The notes under the pieces were generated by a model. The model ran no database searches. It was not told the origin of the DNA and saw only the letters and a list, made by a program, of their open reading frames with translations. From positions 768,001 to 832,000 of the forward strand of contig CAWCYD010000003.1 in NCBI GenBank assembly GCA_963799775.1: a DNA stretch of 64,000 nucleotides, in the 5' to 3' direction. Positions within the stretch are counted from its first letter, which is position 1. Each line of letters begins with the position of its first letter. The DNA is from an uncultured archaeon (lineage in GTDB: Archaea > Thermoproteota > Nitrososphaeria > Nitrososphaerales > Gagatemarchaeaceae). Below, in pieces: positions 52,523 to 62,211 of this stretch. The translations under genes were made by a program, and so were the position numbers.

Positions 52523-52620
52523 GGATTAGCGGCTCTCCTACGTATTCCGCTGTCCCCTTCATTGCTTCTCTTGCCTCGCCTTCTTTCTGTTGCGAACTGT
52601 CGAACCTCAACCGCCCTCTT
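52469..52620 (-). ncRNA. Putative omegaRNA scaffold overlapping the tnpB 3' end
   Basis: Nucleotide blocks identical to element 2; terminal hairpin ACTGCATC/GATGCAGT; 5' limit approximate. Confidence 0.65.
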
Positions 52621-53711
52621 CTGGAGATGTTGAGAACAGCGACTGTATCCCGTTCCCACCATCTTCTGCATGTCGGGCACCACAACTGGCGATAGTGCTC
52701 AAGATCGTCTCGGACGGCCTCTTGGAGTCTCTCCCCGCATCGAGGACAATCCATTGTAGTGCGCCTCGTTTCTCTCTTTGATAGCGTGACTACGGGAACC
52801 TCTTCCCATGCTGCCTTGTACTCTACTTGCCTCTTCACTTCGCGGAAGGGCCATGAATTCATTCTTGCTCTGAACTTCTTTCCTTGGCCGTTTCCTTTAC
52901 GATAGAGGCTGCGAATGCCACTGATTTCTTCGAAGACTATGGCTTCGTGGTTTGCCTTGGCATCGACTACGATCTCCTTCGTGACTGCATGAATGATTTG
53001 CCTTATTCTCTGAGTCTGTCTCTTGCCATATTTTGATGCAATTTGTCGTCGAATTCTCGAGTCATTCCGCTTAAATGATGCCACGATATTTCGGGTCGTC
53101 TCGGCGATCTCAACAGCTCTTGTGACGTCGAAGTAGGTTACCTTCTTACTATTTCCAGCAGTAACGTTGCGAACATTTCTGTCAATTCCCACGAAATCAG
53201 TGATGCCTGAATTTGTCTTGACCTCTTTCGAGTAGGAGATAGAAACAGACGTTAGCGTCAACGTGAAGGATCTAATCTTCACGGTTGGGTCTGATAATAT
53301 GATGTTCTGAGTATGGGGGCTCAGAGGAATATACTCAGAACGCCCTGCCGCCAGCGGAACTCTGAGCTTGCCGTCCTGAATCTTCAAGCTGTAACACGAG
53401 ATGATGAATGGCTTTGATACGTAAGGAATCTTGGTTCGCATTCCTCTCTTGATCGATTTTCGTCGAGCCGAGAGTATTCCTGAGGCTTTTGTTATCGCAG
53501 TCAGCCGATACTGCGAATAGAACATATACCTACTCAGACGAGGGTAGCAAAGGAACGACAGCCTCTTCCTGGAAGCCGCTAGACCACTCTCGGTCTCGAA
53601 CTTCAGTGCTTCCCGGATGCACTCGTTAACCATTCGGCGAAAGTCCTCGAGAAGAGCGAGCATACTCGAGGTCGGGACGTAGTTTTGCTTGACTGCCTTG
53701 AAGGCTCGCAC
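52473..53711 (-). CDS. tnpB: TnpB RNA-guided endonuclease
   Basis: RuvC GIDRN / VFEEI / RDTVA, zinc finger CPRC..CPTC. Confidence 0.92.
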   Translation of the reverse strand: MRAFKAVKQNYVPTSSMLALLEDFRRMVNECIREALKFETESGLAASRKRLSFLCYPRLSRYMFYSQYRLTAITKASGILSARRKSIKRGMRTKIPYVSKPFIISCYSLKIQDGKLRVPLAAGRSEYIPLSPHTQNIILSDPTVKIRSFTLTLTSVSISYSKEVKTNSGITDFVGIDRNVRNVTAGNSKKVTYFDVTRAVEIAETTRNIVASFKRNDSRIRRQIASKYGKRQTQRIRQIIHAVTKEIVVDAKANHEAIVFEEISGIRSLYRKGNGQGKKFRARMNSWPFREVKRQVEYKAAWEEVPVVTLSKRETRRTTMDCPRCGERLQEAVRDDLEHYRQLWCPTCRRWWERDTVAVLNISRRGRLRFDSSQQKEGEAREAMKGTAEYVGEPLILRVDASKLHHAGRSMQ

Positions 53712-53816
53712 ATCATCACAGATGGTGCCACTATTTCAGCGCCCATGAGCCGAAGCAGGGACAGACCAGAAGCATAAATAGTAATCCAGCACACGCGAAC
53801 TCGTAGACGCTTCCCA

Positions 53817-54404
53817 ATGAAGAAATCGGAAGGCGTTGTCGGAAGAGGAGACGCCGGCGCCAATCAGAAAGAACCAGCACCTTCACCTGTCGCCGAGTCG
53901 TTCGGGACAGGCTTGCCCATGGGTTCGCTCAATGGGATAGTCGTGGTGCCGCTTTCCAAGGCGGTCAGGTTGTTGCTGCCTCCTCTGTTCGTCTCCTCCC
54001 TCCCAAGGAAGGCGATAGGGTTCTCGTTTCCCAGAGGGGCGGAGGGGAAGCTCCTCGGTAGCGCGCTCCTTGCTGGGACCATCGCGCTCTCCTATCTGAT
54101 GGACAAGGCGTTTGGGATCTTCGCGGGTGTCGGCATCGTCTGGCTCATGGGAGTGACCTCCCTTGTGATCCTATACAACTCGAGCGGACAAGGCGTCGCG
54201 TTCGTGAAGCAGATGTGCTCGACCTGCAGGCTCCGCCCGATAATAGAGGAGCACGAGATGATGCACCTCAACGGCGAGCCTTCGGAGGAGGCCGTGTGGA
54301 GGGAGGCCAGGAAGAAGTACTCCTACGACAGCCTGGGGCTTGGGACTGACCCCAAGATACACACCTTCTGTCCGATCGCTAAAAGGTTGAAAGAGACCCC
54401 ATAG
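53817..54404 (+). CDS. Hypothetical membrane protein with CxxC
   Basis: Two TM segments followed by CSTC ... FCP. Confidence 0.65.
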   Translation: MKKSEGVVGRGDAGANQKEPAPSPVAESFGTGLPMGSLNGIVVVPLSKAVRLLLPPLFVSSLPRKAIGFSFPRGAEGKLLGSALLAGTIALSYLMDKAFGIFAGVGIVWLMGVTSLVILYNSSGQGVAFVKQMCSTCRLRPIIEEHEMMHLNGEPSEEAVWREARKKYSYDSLGLGTDPKIHTFCPIAKRLKETP

Positions 54405-54425
54405 CGCGAAGGGCGACTCTCGGCA

Positions 54426-56249
54426 ATGGTTCACAGGGTAGCTGGGCTAGACGACAATCTTTGTCACTCCGACAAGTGCGGCCTAGAGTGCATCAAGAAC
54501 TGCCCGGTGAACATCAACGGGGACGAGTGCATCATCCTCGGGGAGGAGAAGCTCGCGGTCATCTCCGAACAGCTCTGCATCGGGTGCGGCATCTGCGTCA
54601 AGGTCTGTCCTTTCGACGCGATCACTATACTCAACCTGAGCGAGGAGCTCCAGGAGGAGAAGATCCACCAGTACGGCATCAACACTTTCAGGCTCTATCG
54701 CCTCCCCACCCCCCGAAGGGGGCAGGTCGTCGGGCTCGTCGGGAGGAACGGGACAGGCAAGTCCACGGCCCTCCAGATCCTCTCTGGGCAGCTGGTCCCC
54801 AATCTCGGTGACTACGAGCACCCCGCGAGCTGTGGCCTGCTGCTAAAGTATCTGAGCGGGAAGGAGCTCAAGGAGCACTTCGAGAAGGTCGCGAGAGGAG
54901 AGGTCAAGATCTCCCTCAAGCCACAGGCCGTCTACAAGCTGCCTGAGGTCTGGAAGAAGGACGTCTCCTCGTTGCTCACGAAGATGGACGAGACGGGTGA
55001 CAAGGAGAGAGTCGTAGAGGCGCTCGGCCTCCACGAAGCCCTGGAGAAGAACGTCGGAGAATTGAGCGGAGGCGAGCTCCAGAGGGTCGCGATAGCGGTA
55101 GCGGCCTTGAAGGACGCGGACATGTATCTCTTCGACGAGCCCTCTTCCTTCAACGACGTATACCAGAGGCTCGCGGTCTCGAAGCTCATCCGCTCGATCG
55201 CCGAGAGGAACAAGTACGTGGTCCTCGTCGAGCACGACATCACCTTCCTTGACTACGCAAGCGACTACGTCCAGATACTCCACGGGGAACCCGGCGTCTA
55301 CGGGATCGTCTCCTCGCTCTACCCTTCGAGAAGCGGCATCAACGCGCTCCTGGAGGGGTTCCTGCCCAACGAGAACACCAGGTTCAGGGACAAGAGCGTA
55401 ACCTTCGATGTCACCACGAGCGTCGAGGCCCAGCAGTCGGAGGAGGTTGTCGCCAGATATGGCGAGCTGAGAAAGTCGTTCCCGGGGTTCGAACTGGACG
55501 TCAAGGCGGGAGAGATGACGGCCGGGACCATCTTCGGCGTGATAGGCGCGAACGCGCTCGGCAAGACGACCTTCCTGAAGGTGCTCGCGGGGGAGGAGAA
55601 GCCCGACTCTGGCGGGGTGAGCCTGGGCGTGAGGATCGCCTTGAAGCCGCAGTATCTCAAGGCCGACTACCCGGGGACCGTCCAGGAGTTCATCAACGAG
55701 AAGGTGGGGAAAGGTTTCGACGACACCAACCTCCAGACATACCTCGCCGGGCCCTTGAGGATAGAGAAGCTCTTCGCCCGGGAGGTCTCCGACCTCAGCG
55801 GCGGTGAGCTGCAGAAGCTAGCGATAATCTCGACCTTCGCCGCCGAGGCAGACATGTACGCGCTGGACGAGCCGTCGGCCTTCGTGGACGTGGAGGACAG
55901 GTTCGTGATAGCCAAGGCGATGGGGAGGCTGGTGAAGGCGAGGGGAAAGACCGCCGTGATCATCGACCACGACATCCAGCTCCTGGACCTGATCTCGGAC
56001 AGGATGATCGTCTTCACCGGCGACCCAGGCAGGAAGGGCTCGGCGACGTCGCCGCTGGGCAAGGAGGAGGGGATGAACACGTTCCTCAGCGAGATCGGTC
56101 TCACCTACCGCCGCGACATCAAGAGCCGCAGGCCCAGGGTGAACAAGCCCGACAGCAAGAGGGACAGAGAGCAGAAGGAGACGGGCCAATACTACTACGC
56201 CGCGAGGCAGGGGCAGCCCGAGGGGGAGGAAGAGGAGGCGGAGGCTTGA
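54426..56249 (+). CDS. rli: Ribosome recycling ATPase ABCE1/Rli
   Basis: N-terminal 2x[4Fe-4S] (CIGCGICVKVCPF), two ABC domains, RPRVNKPDS..D..QK. Confidence 0.96.
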   Translation: MVHRVAGLDDNLCHSDKCGLECIKNCPVNINGDECIILGEEKLAVISEQLCIGCGICVKVCPFDAITILNLSEELQEEKIHQYGINTFRLYRLPTPRRGQVVGLVGRNGTGKSTALQILSGQLVPNLGDYEHPASCGLLLKYLSGKELKEHFEKVARGEVKISLKPQAVYKLPEVWKKDVSSLLTKMDETGDKERVVEALGLHEALEKNVGELSGGELQRVAIAVAALKDADMYLFDEPSSFNDVYQRLAVSKLIRSIAERNKYVVLVEHDITFLDYASDYVQILHGEPGVYGIVSSLYPSRSGINALLEGFLPNENTRFRDKSVTFDVTTSVEAQQSEEVVARYGELRKSFPGFELDVKAGEMTAGTIFGVIGANALGKTTFLKVLAGEEKPDSGGVSLGVRIALKPQYLKADYPGTVQEFINEKVGKGFDDTNLQTYLAGPLRIEKLFAREVSDLSGGELQKLAIISTFAAEADMYALDEPSAFVDVEDRFVIAKAMGRLVKARGKTAVIIDHDIQLLDLISDRMIVFTGDPGRKGSATSPLGKEEGMNTFLSEIGLTYRRDIKSRRPRVNKPDSKRDREQKETGQYYYAARQGQPEGEEEEAEA

Positions 56250-57052
56250 GGATGAAGCTCTCGAGACAAGACGAGCTCCCAGCCTCCATCGAGAGCGGGA
56301 TAGACGTGATCGGCGACATCGCGATCGTCAAGCTCCGGCCGGAGTCCAACGCTACGGACGCGGAGATATCTGCGGCCATCCTCAAGGAGATGAAGCACGT
56401 GAAGTGCGTCTACGGACAGGAGGGCGGCATCGAGGGGGACTTCCGCCTCAGGAAGCTCCGCCACCTCGGAGGGGAGAAGCGGACCACGACGCTGCACAAG
56501 GAGAACGGGATAAGGCTCCGACTCGACGTCGAGACTTGCTACTTCTCGCCTCGGCTGTCGACGGAGAGGCTCCGCATTGCGCAGAGCGTTACCAATGGCG
56601 AGAGAGTGCTCAACATGTTCGCCGGCGTAGGGCCGTACTCCGTGCTGATAGCAAAGAAGACCAGGGTCTGGAGCTGCGAGCTGAACTCGGCAGCTTTCCG
56701 TTACCACGTCGAGAACAACAGGCTGAACAAGGTGGAGGAACGGGTCACCATGATCGAGGGCGACGCGATGTCGCTCCCTCAGACGCTGGAAGGGGGATCT
56801 CCCTTCGACAGGATCCTGATGCCCCATCCCTCCCAGTCGAACCTCTTCCTTCCCGCTGCCCTCTCACTTGTTGCGCCGGGCGGGGTGATACACTACTACA
56901 GGCACATGACGGGAGAAGACGTGCCTGAGGCGGAGAAGAACCTCAGGGCGGAGATAGAGACCACGGCCCCGGAGGCGTCGGTCAGGTCGATGAGGAAGGT
57001 CCGTCTGATCGGGCCGCGCTACGTCGAGCTCGTCGCTGAGCTAACGGTCTAG
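56246..57052 (+). CDS. Trm5/Taw2 (Met-10+) family tRNA methyltransferase
   Basis: DVIGDIA, HKENG, YFSPRL..ER, MFAGVGP, FDRILMP. Confidence 0.88.
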   Translation: MRMKLSRQDELPASIESGIDVIGDIAIVKLRPESNATDAEISAAILKEMKHVKCVYGQEGGIEGDFRLRKLRHLGGEKRTTTLHKENGIRLRLDVETCYFSPRLSTERLRIAQSVTNGERVLNMFAGVGPYSVLIAKKTRVWSCELNSAAFRYHVENNRLNKVEERVTMIEGDAMSLPQTLEGGSPFDRILMPHPSQSNLFLPAALSLVAPGGVIHYYRHMTGEDVPEAEKNLRAEIETTAPEASVRSMRKVRLIGPRYVELVAELTV

Positions 57053-58685
57053 AAAGCTAGCTGCTGGCTGTATCTGTAGAGGTGGACTATCACCGAGAAG
57101 GTGATGAAGATCACACCGAGCTCGAAGAGCGCTATCGCGTTGAACCCGTCTGCGACGGCCTGCACTGCGAAGAGGTTCATTATCACCTGGACGGCTATCA
57201 GGAGGAAGATTATCCCCACGAGCCACTCCCTTGAGAGGAACGACAGGTTGCTTGGCTGGAGCGCCCTCCTCACCCTCTCCTTCGCGTTCATGAAGTTGAT
57301 CACGGAGTAAGTCAGGGCGAAGCAGGTCACGGCGAGGATCAGCATCGAGCCGAAGTAGACGGTCGGGTTCACATACAGCCTCTGAAGCGTGCTCAGCGAA
57401 GTGTTGGGGTTGACGTACGCCCCCCAGCTCGTGGTCACGATGGACCTCGCCGATGCTCGTGATGCCGAGCGCGGCGAAGAACGGCCGCTCCTTCCAGCTC
57501 AACTTCTTCGAAGTGTCGACGAAAGGCACGACGGCGAACATCAGTAGCCATAACACCGGGACCAGTCCCGCCATCGTGAACTTGTCAAGTTCGGTCCGCA
57601 GCAGGGCGTAGAGGCTGGTCAGGTACCACTCTGGGATCGTCAACTGGCCGTTTGCCGGGCTATAGGCGGTCCCAAGCTGGACCGGGAACAGTGCCGCGAT
57701 TATGAAGATCCCGCCCATCACTGAGGCGACGATGGGGAGGTCGAAGACAAGGTAGCGCGGGAAGTGGAAGAAGGTGAGCAGTATCATCACCATCGGAAGT
57801 ATGAAGACGTGGGCCGCGAAGAGTCGGAGGATGAAGTCGTTGAAGCCGGCGCCGAAGGTGGCGAGGCGTATCATCGAGCCTGTTACAGGGCCTATAGACG
57901 GAGATGAGTTGGCGAGCGACGCGCCTATCTCGATCGCGAGTCCCGCCCTCTGGTTGAAGATGATGTCGTAGCCGGTGAAGGCCTCGAGGACCGTGATGAG
58001 CCCGAAGAGGACGCCTGTGACCCAGATCACCTCGTTCCTGATCTTGAACCTGCCGCTGAAGTACTGGTAGTAGAGGTGGAGCGCTGCGAGCAGCACCATC
58101 GCGTTGGATGCGGTGTAGTGTATGTCTCTGATGAACCAACCGAACGGCACGTTGTTGGTGATGTTAGAGACGCTCGTGAAGGCGCAGGAGAAGATGCCGC
58201 AACCCGGCAGGGTCGGCTCGTAGTAGATCATTAGGAGGCCGCCCGTGATGCCGAGGAGCAGGAAGACCATGCCGGTCAACACTCCCAGGAAGCCCAGAGG
58301 GCTGACGAACTTCTTGGGGAAGGTGAATTTCAGGCCCAAGAAGACCGTCCTCTCGAAACGGTCGACTATGTAGTTCCAGAGCTTCTCTATCATGTTGGGG
58401 GGCGGCGGAGGGGGCTTCGGCGCGGCAGAGGGAGCCATCGGGGGGCGCGGAGCGGCCATGGGCGGCATCGGTGCCGCGCCCGCAGGCCTGGGGGGCGTGG
58501 GTGCCATCGGGACTCCTGGCCGTGGTGCAGGAGGAAGCGTGCTCGTCGTGCCCGGGGGAATAGGCGGAGGCGGTGCCGCGGGAGGTGCGGTCGCCTGAGA
58601 TCCAGCGGCGGGCACCGAGCCAGGACGAGGAGGGGCCGGGATGGACCTTCTTCTTCTCGTCGGGCTTGCTATCGTCGGATGACAA
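57049..58685 (-). CDS. petB: Cytochrome b of a bc-type complex, long Pro-rich N-terminus, frameshifted
   Basis: Heme ligands RDIH...LH and AAH...FH, PEWY motif, extra C-terminal TM segments in ORF 57049..57438. Confidence 0.9.
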
Positions 58686-58704
58686 TCTCGAAACTCACCT
58701 TCTC

Positions 58705-59511
58705 CTACTTTGGGTCGTACCCGCCTGTGAACGCGCCGCTCCCCAGGTTCCGGCCGTAGCCGACCACGCCGTTGTGGTCGACGTCCCAGAGCGGGGGCAC
58801 CACTTGCAGGTTGCCCGCCGAGTCCGTCGCGAGGGTGAGCAGTGGGATCGCGTTCGTCGGAGGGGGCTGCTGCGCTGCAGGCCCGATGAGCGCCTTCCCG
58901 ACAGGCTCGTTCCCGGCCCCGTTCTGGCCGAGCCCCACAGAATAACCGCTGCCGTGACAAGGACACTCGTACAGCTCGTGCGTGGGTTGGCCTGCCGTGT
59001 AGCCGTTCTCGCCAGAGTCAGTGGACTGGGTAGCGTTGTAGTTGGGACTGCACCAGAGGTGGACGCAGACCTTGCTGAATGCGACGAAGGCGCTTGCGTT
59101 GGTCTGGTCCCCTCCCAGCTCCTTCGGGAGCCTGATGAGCGCGAACTTTACGAAGGTGTTCGGGTTCTGACCGTCGGTGTTTGGGTCGCCCGAGGAAGGA
59201 TACGTCATCGTCCATGTGCTGTTTGGTGGGAAGAGCGCGACGTTGTTGACGTTGACCGTCTTCCCTGCCGCGTTGCCGTTCGACGAGTTGTTGTCTAGGA
59301 CTATCGTCTCGCTCTTGGTCGCCGTGGTGCTGCCGCTCGAGGACGCGGAGAGGAAGGTGCCGAACGGGACCCAAGGGGCGAGCGCTAACAGGCCGCCGAT
59401 GACCGCGAATAGCGTCAGGAACCTTCGCCTTGACTTTGCGGGCGGAGCCGCTGGGCGAGGGGGCGCCGGCGGCGCGGGAGGCGCAGAGCTGTTCGTGAGT
59501 TTCTCGGACAT
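58705..59511 (-). CDS. petC: Rieske Fe-S protein with Tat signal
   Basis: SRRRFL, CVHLWC, CPCHGS. Confidence 0.93.
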   Translation of the reverse strand: MSEKLTNSSAPPAPPAPPRPAAPPAKSRRRFLTLFAVIGGLLALAPWVPFGTFLSASSSGSTTATKSETIVLDNNSSNGNAAGKTVNVNNVALFPPNSTWTMTYPSSGDPNTDGQNPNTFVKFALIRLPKELGGDQTNASAFVAFSKVCVHLWCSPNYNATQSTDSGENGYTAGQPTHELYECPCHGSGYSVGLGQNGAGNEPVGKALIGPAAQQPPPTNAIPLLTLATDSAGNLQVVPPLWDVDHNGVVGYGRNLGSGAFTGGYDPK

Positions 59512-59907
59512 CTCTAGTTCTCCATTTCCGCGCAAAGCGCTAGCGGCGTCTGCCGGCCAGCCGCTGTGCACTCCTCACAGACAGCAACTCTATGCGTCGT
59601 CTGCAATATGGCTGCCGAGTTCAACCACACCTTTACGCCGTTTTTAAGCTTACATCTGTCGACGGCGCGATAACTGAATCTTCAGTTCGTGACTCGCGCG
59701 TGGGCGCCTAGATACGTTCTCCCACGTCCTAAAGGGAAACGCGCTTTGGGGGCCATCCGATTCTGTCGTAGATGCGAGAAGAAGACCAACCATGAGAAAC
59801 TGAAGAAGACTGCATATCAGGGTGGAAGTTGACTCATCCCAAACGCCGACGAGGAGTTAACGGAACAAATCTTATTACCCCTAAATTCGCGACTAGCGCC
59901 ACACGTA

Positions 59908-60783
59908 ATGAGCCAGCCGAAGGGTTCTATCGGCGTAGCAGTCGCAGTCGCCGTGTTGATTGTCATCGCCGTCACCTCTCTTGGATACTATCAGTTCGTC
60001 TACTGCAGCCCTTCGACCTGCAGCACCAGCACCACGAGCACGACGGTTGCGACTTGTGCGCCACCTGCGTGCATCACCATCCAGATGCTCACCGGGGCAG
60101 CGTCCCTCACCACGACCGCGTTTGCGCCTGACTCTGCAAAGTTGGTGATCGGGGTCAACAACACGTTCCAGGTATACAACAACGACTCCCAGTCGGGCGG
60201 AGTCTCTCACACGTTGACGGCCGACGACTGCAAGACTACCACGACTGCCTGCACCTTCGACACCGGGATCATGGCATATGGCGCGTATTCGAAGATATTC
60301 ACGATAACGACGCCCGGCACGTATGCATACTACTGCCAGATCCATCCGACGACGATGGTCGGGACGATAACGGTGGTCGCAGGGAACAACGGCAGGACCG
60401 TCCCTCCGCCCAACCCCTCGACCACGACCGCGAGCGCCTCTACCAGCACCTCAAGCGGCGCGCCGAGCAGCAGCGCCGCGACGCAGGGCGTATCGGTCTC
60501 CATCCCGAGCGGGTCTGGGCTACCGGCGGGGGCCCCAGGATACGCCCCGGACAAGATCACGGTCGTGCTTGGTGTCAACAGCACCGTCACTTGGACCAAC
60601 AACGACTCTGTTCCGCACACCGTGACCTCCCTCAACATGACGGGCGGTTCGCCTGTCTTCGACTCTGGGCCAATGAGCGCGGGAGCCACATTCACCTTCA
60701 ACTTCTCGCAGCCCGGGACTTATCTGTACAAGTGCAACTTCCACGCCTGGATGACAGGGACAGTGGTCGTCAAGTCCGCCTGA
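59908..60783 (+). CDS. Membrane-anchored double cupredoxin (plastocyanin-like)
   Basis: Two type-1 Cu sites: H...CQIHPTTM and H...CNFHAWM. Confidence 0.9.
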   Translation: MSQPKGSIGVAVAVAVLIVIAVTSLGYYQFVYCSPSTCSTSTTSTTVATCAPPACITIQMLTGAASLTTTAFAPDSAKLVIGVNNTFQVYNNDSQSGGVSHTLTADDCKTTTTACTFDTGIMAYGAYSKIFTITTPGTYAYYCQIHPTTMVGTITVVAGNNGRTVPPPNPSTTTASASTSTSSGAPSSSAATQGVSVSIPSGSGLPAGAPGYAPDKITVVLGVNSTVTWTNNDSVPHTVTSLNMTGGSPVFDSGPMSAGATFTFNFSQPGTYLYKCNFHAWMTGTVVVKSA

Positions 60784-61339
60784 GGGCCGCGGCCCTGGCT
60801 AGAAGAGCAGCGACCCTGACGGGCTCCGGAACCCCTCCCTGCAAAGTGAATGCGTCAAGGACGGCCTTCGACTCCTCCTCAGTGATGCCCGCGTTCCGGA
60901 CGTAGACGATGTGGCCCGTGTTCAGCGTGACGCGCGTGCGCCCGCCGAGCCTCTGGTATCTCTCGATGCGCGACTCTGGGTCCTTGAAGTGCCGCCGTAT
61001 GGCCTGCTCGATCCCGGAGGATTCCTTGTACGTGAGGCAGACGACCGGGATGTGGGACCGCTCCGCGATCTCGTCGACGTCGACGACGTTGTATCGGCTG
61101 ATTATGCACCCGGAGAGGATGATCAGGTTGATGTCGGCGCGGCGGAGCCGCCGATACATGCGAAGCAGGGAGCTCGTCGCGTCCTCTCCTCCGACCGTCG
61201 CAGACCCGAGGACAAAGCCGTCGATGACGAGGTCGCCCCTCATCACGACCCCCGCGAGCGACGACTTCGCGGCGGAGGGACGGAAGCTCTCAGCAACCCC
61301 GAGCGCCCTGATACCCTTCTTCGCGAGATGGAGCCGCAA
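60770..61339 (-). CDS. DUF99 family (endonuclease V-like) protein
   Basis: ALGVAESF, G.DAT, YNVVD, PEPVRVA. Confidence 0.82.
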   Translation of the reverse strand: MRLHLAKKGIRALGVAESFRPSAAKSSLAGVVMRGDLVIDGFVLGSATVGGEDATSSLLRMYRRLRRADINLIILSGCIISRYNVVDVDEIAERSHIPVVCLTYKESSGIEQAIRRHFKDPESRIERYQRLGGRTRVTLNTGHIVYVRNAGITEEESKAVLDAFTLQGGVPEPVRVAALLARAAALRRT

Positions 61340-61490
61340 CCTTGGTCTCTGTCCTCAGCGGATGGCTCGGTCGACGGTGCTTGAGCGAGGCTCAGTCAAA
61401 TGCCTTCTCTTCACAAAGTTGTCGTAACTCTGATACATCATTGCCTCGGCCCTTCGAGCGTCCCTCCGGTTATAAGGACGCGCGTGGCGA

Positions 61491-61997
61491 TCAGATGAAG
61501 AGCAGCCCTTCGTCGAAACGCGTGACGTTTGCCAGGAAGTCCTTGAGCACGAAGAGCGGCACGACGGGGACCCCAGCGACAACGCGCACGCCGTTGTCCA
61601 CCATGGTGAGGAGCATCGGTAGGAGGGCCTTGTCCGTGGCGTCGAGCCTCAGCTTGTACTGCCTGGTCCTCTCGGCCTGGGCGAGCGCGAGCTTCTCCAG
61701 CGTCGCGTAGCCCACGCCCCTCCTCCAGTGCTTGCAGTCCACCGACAGCCCCATCGTCTGCGACTCGGCCAGGAGGTCCAGTTGCCTGCGCGGCTTGCGG
61801 AGGAAGACGTTCCTCCTCACAGAGTAGCCGGCGGCGCTAATCGCTTCTGCGCAAAAGTCCTCGAACTCCGACCACGTGAGGCCTCTCGAGACCACCTCGG
61901 CGTCGCGCCCTGCCCTGATCTCCTGCAGCGCGGCCAGGACAGCGCCCGGGCCTCTCGACCTCGGCTCGTGGGAGCTTGAGAATGCCTCAGGCCTCAA
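61491..61997 (-). CDS. PD-(D/E)xK restriction-endonuclease-like (Mrr/NERD) protein
   Basis: WSEFE...GY.V, QLDLLA, VDCKHW; probably truncated at the N-terminus. Confidence 0.75.
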   Translation of the reverse strand: MRPEAFSSSHEPRSRGPGAVLAALQEIRAGRDAEVVSRGLTWSEFEDFCAEAISAAGYSVRRNVFLRKPRRQLDLLAESQTMGLSVDCKHWRRGVGYATLEKLALAQAERTRQYKLRLDATDKALLPMLLTMVDNGVRVVAGVPVVPLFVLKDFLANVTRFDEGLLFI

Positions 61998-62035
61998 TGC
62001 AAGTCTCCGGGCTGTACCGCGATTTTAACCCTAGC

Positions 62036-62211
62036 GGTTCTGTTAGGTTCTCTGGACAAGCATTTCCGCAAATCCATTCGTACCTAACTTCGAGGCATCG
62101 ACTCTGAGGATTACCGGCTCTTCTTGTTGAGAGCTCCATTCTTTCAGCGGGTTCCCCTTCACCGCTTCAACTGCCTCGCCTTGCGAACGGTCGAACCTCA
62201 ACCGCCCCCTA
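62036..62211 (-). ncRNA. Putative omegaRNA scaffold overlapping the tnpB 3' end
   Basis: Blocks shared with element 1; terminal hairpin GTTAGGT/ACCTAAC; 5' limit approximate. Confidence 0.65.

Larger units (their letters stand above)
52469..53744 (-). mobile_element. Non-autonomous IS200/IS605-like element 1 (tnpB only)
   Basis: Ends inferred from sequence shared with element 2: right end AGAACC, left end GGGCGCTGAAAT. Confidence 0.7.

Noticed and set aside
496-58685. About 20 frameshifted genes as pseudogenes or programmed frameshifts
   Set aside because: They include essential genes (lysS, tsaC) and the conserved petB, are scattered single-base indels and share no slippery motif; sequencing or assembly error is more likely.
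59520-59900. Long intergenic region as a structured ncRNA
   Set aside because: No convincing stems or known motif; consistent with divergent promoters.
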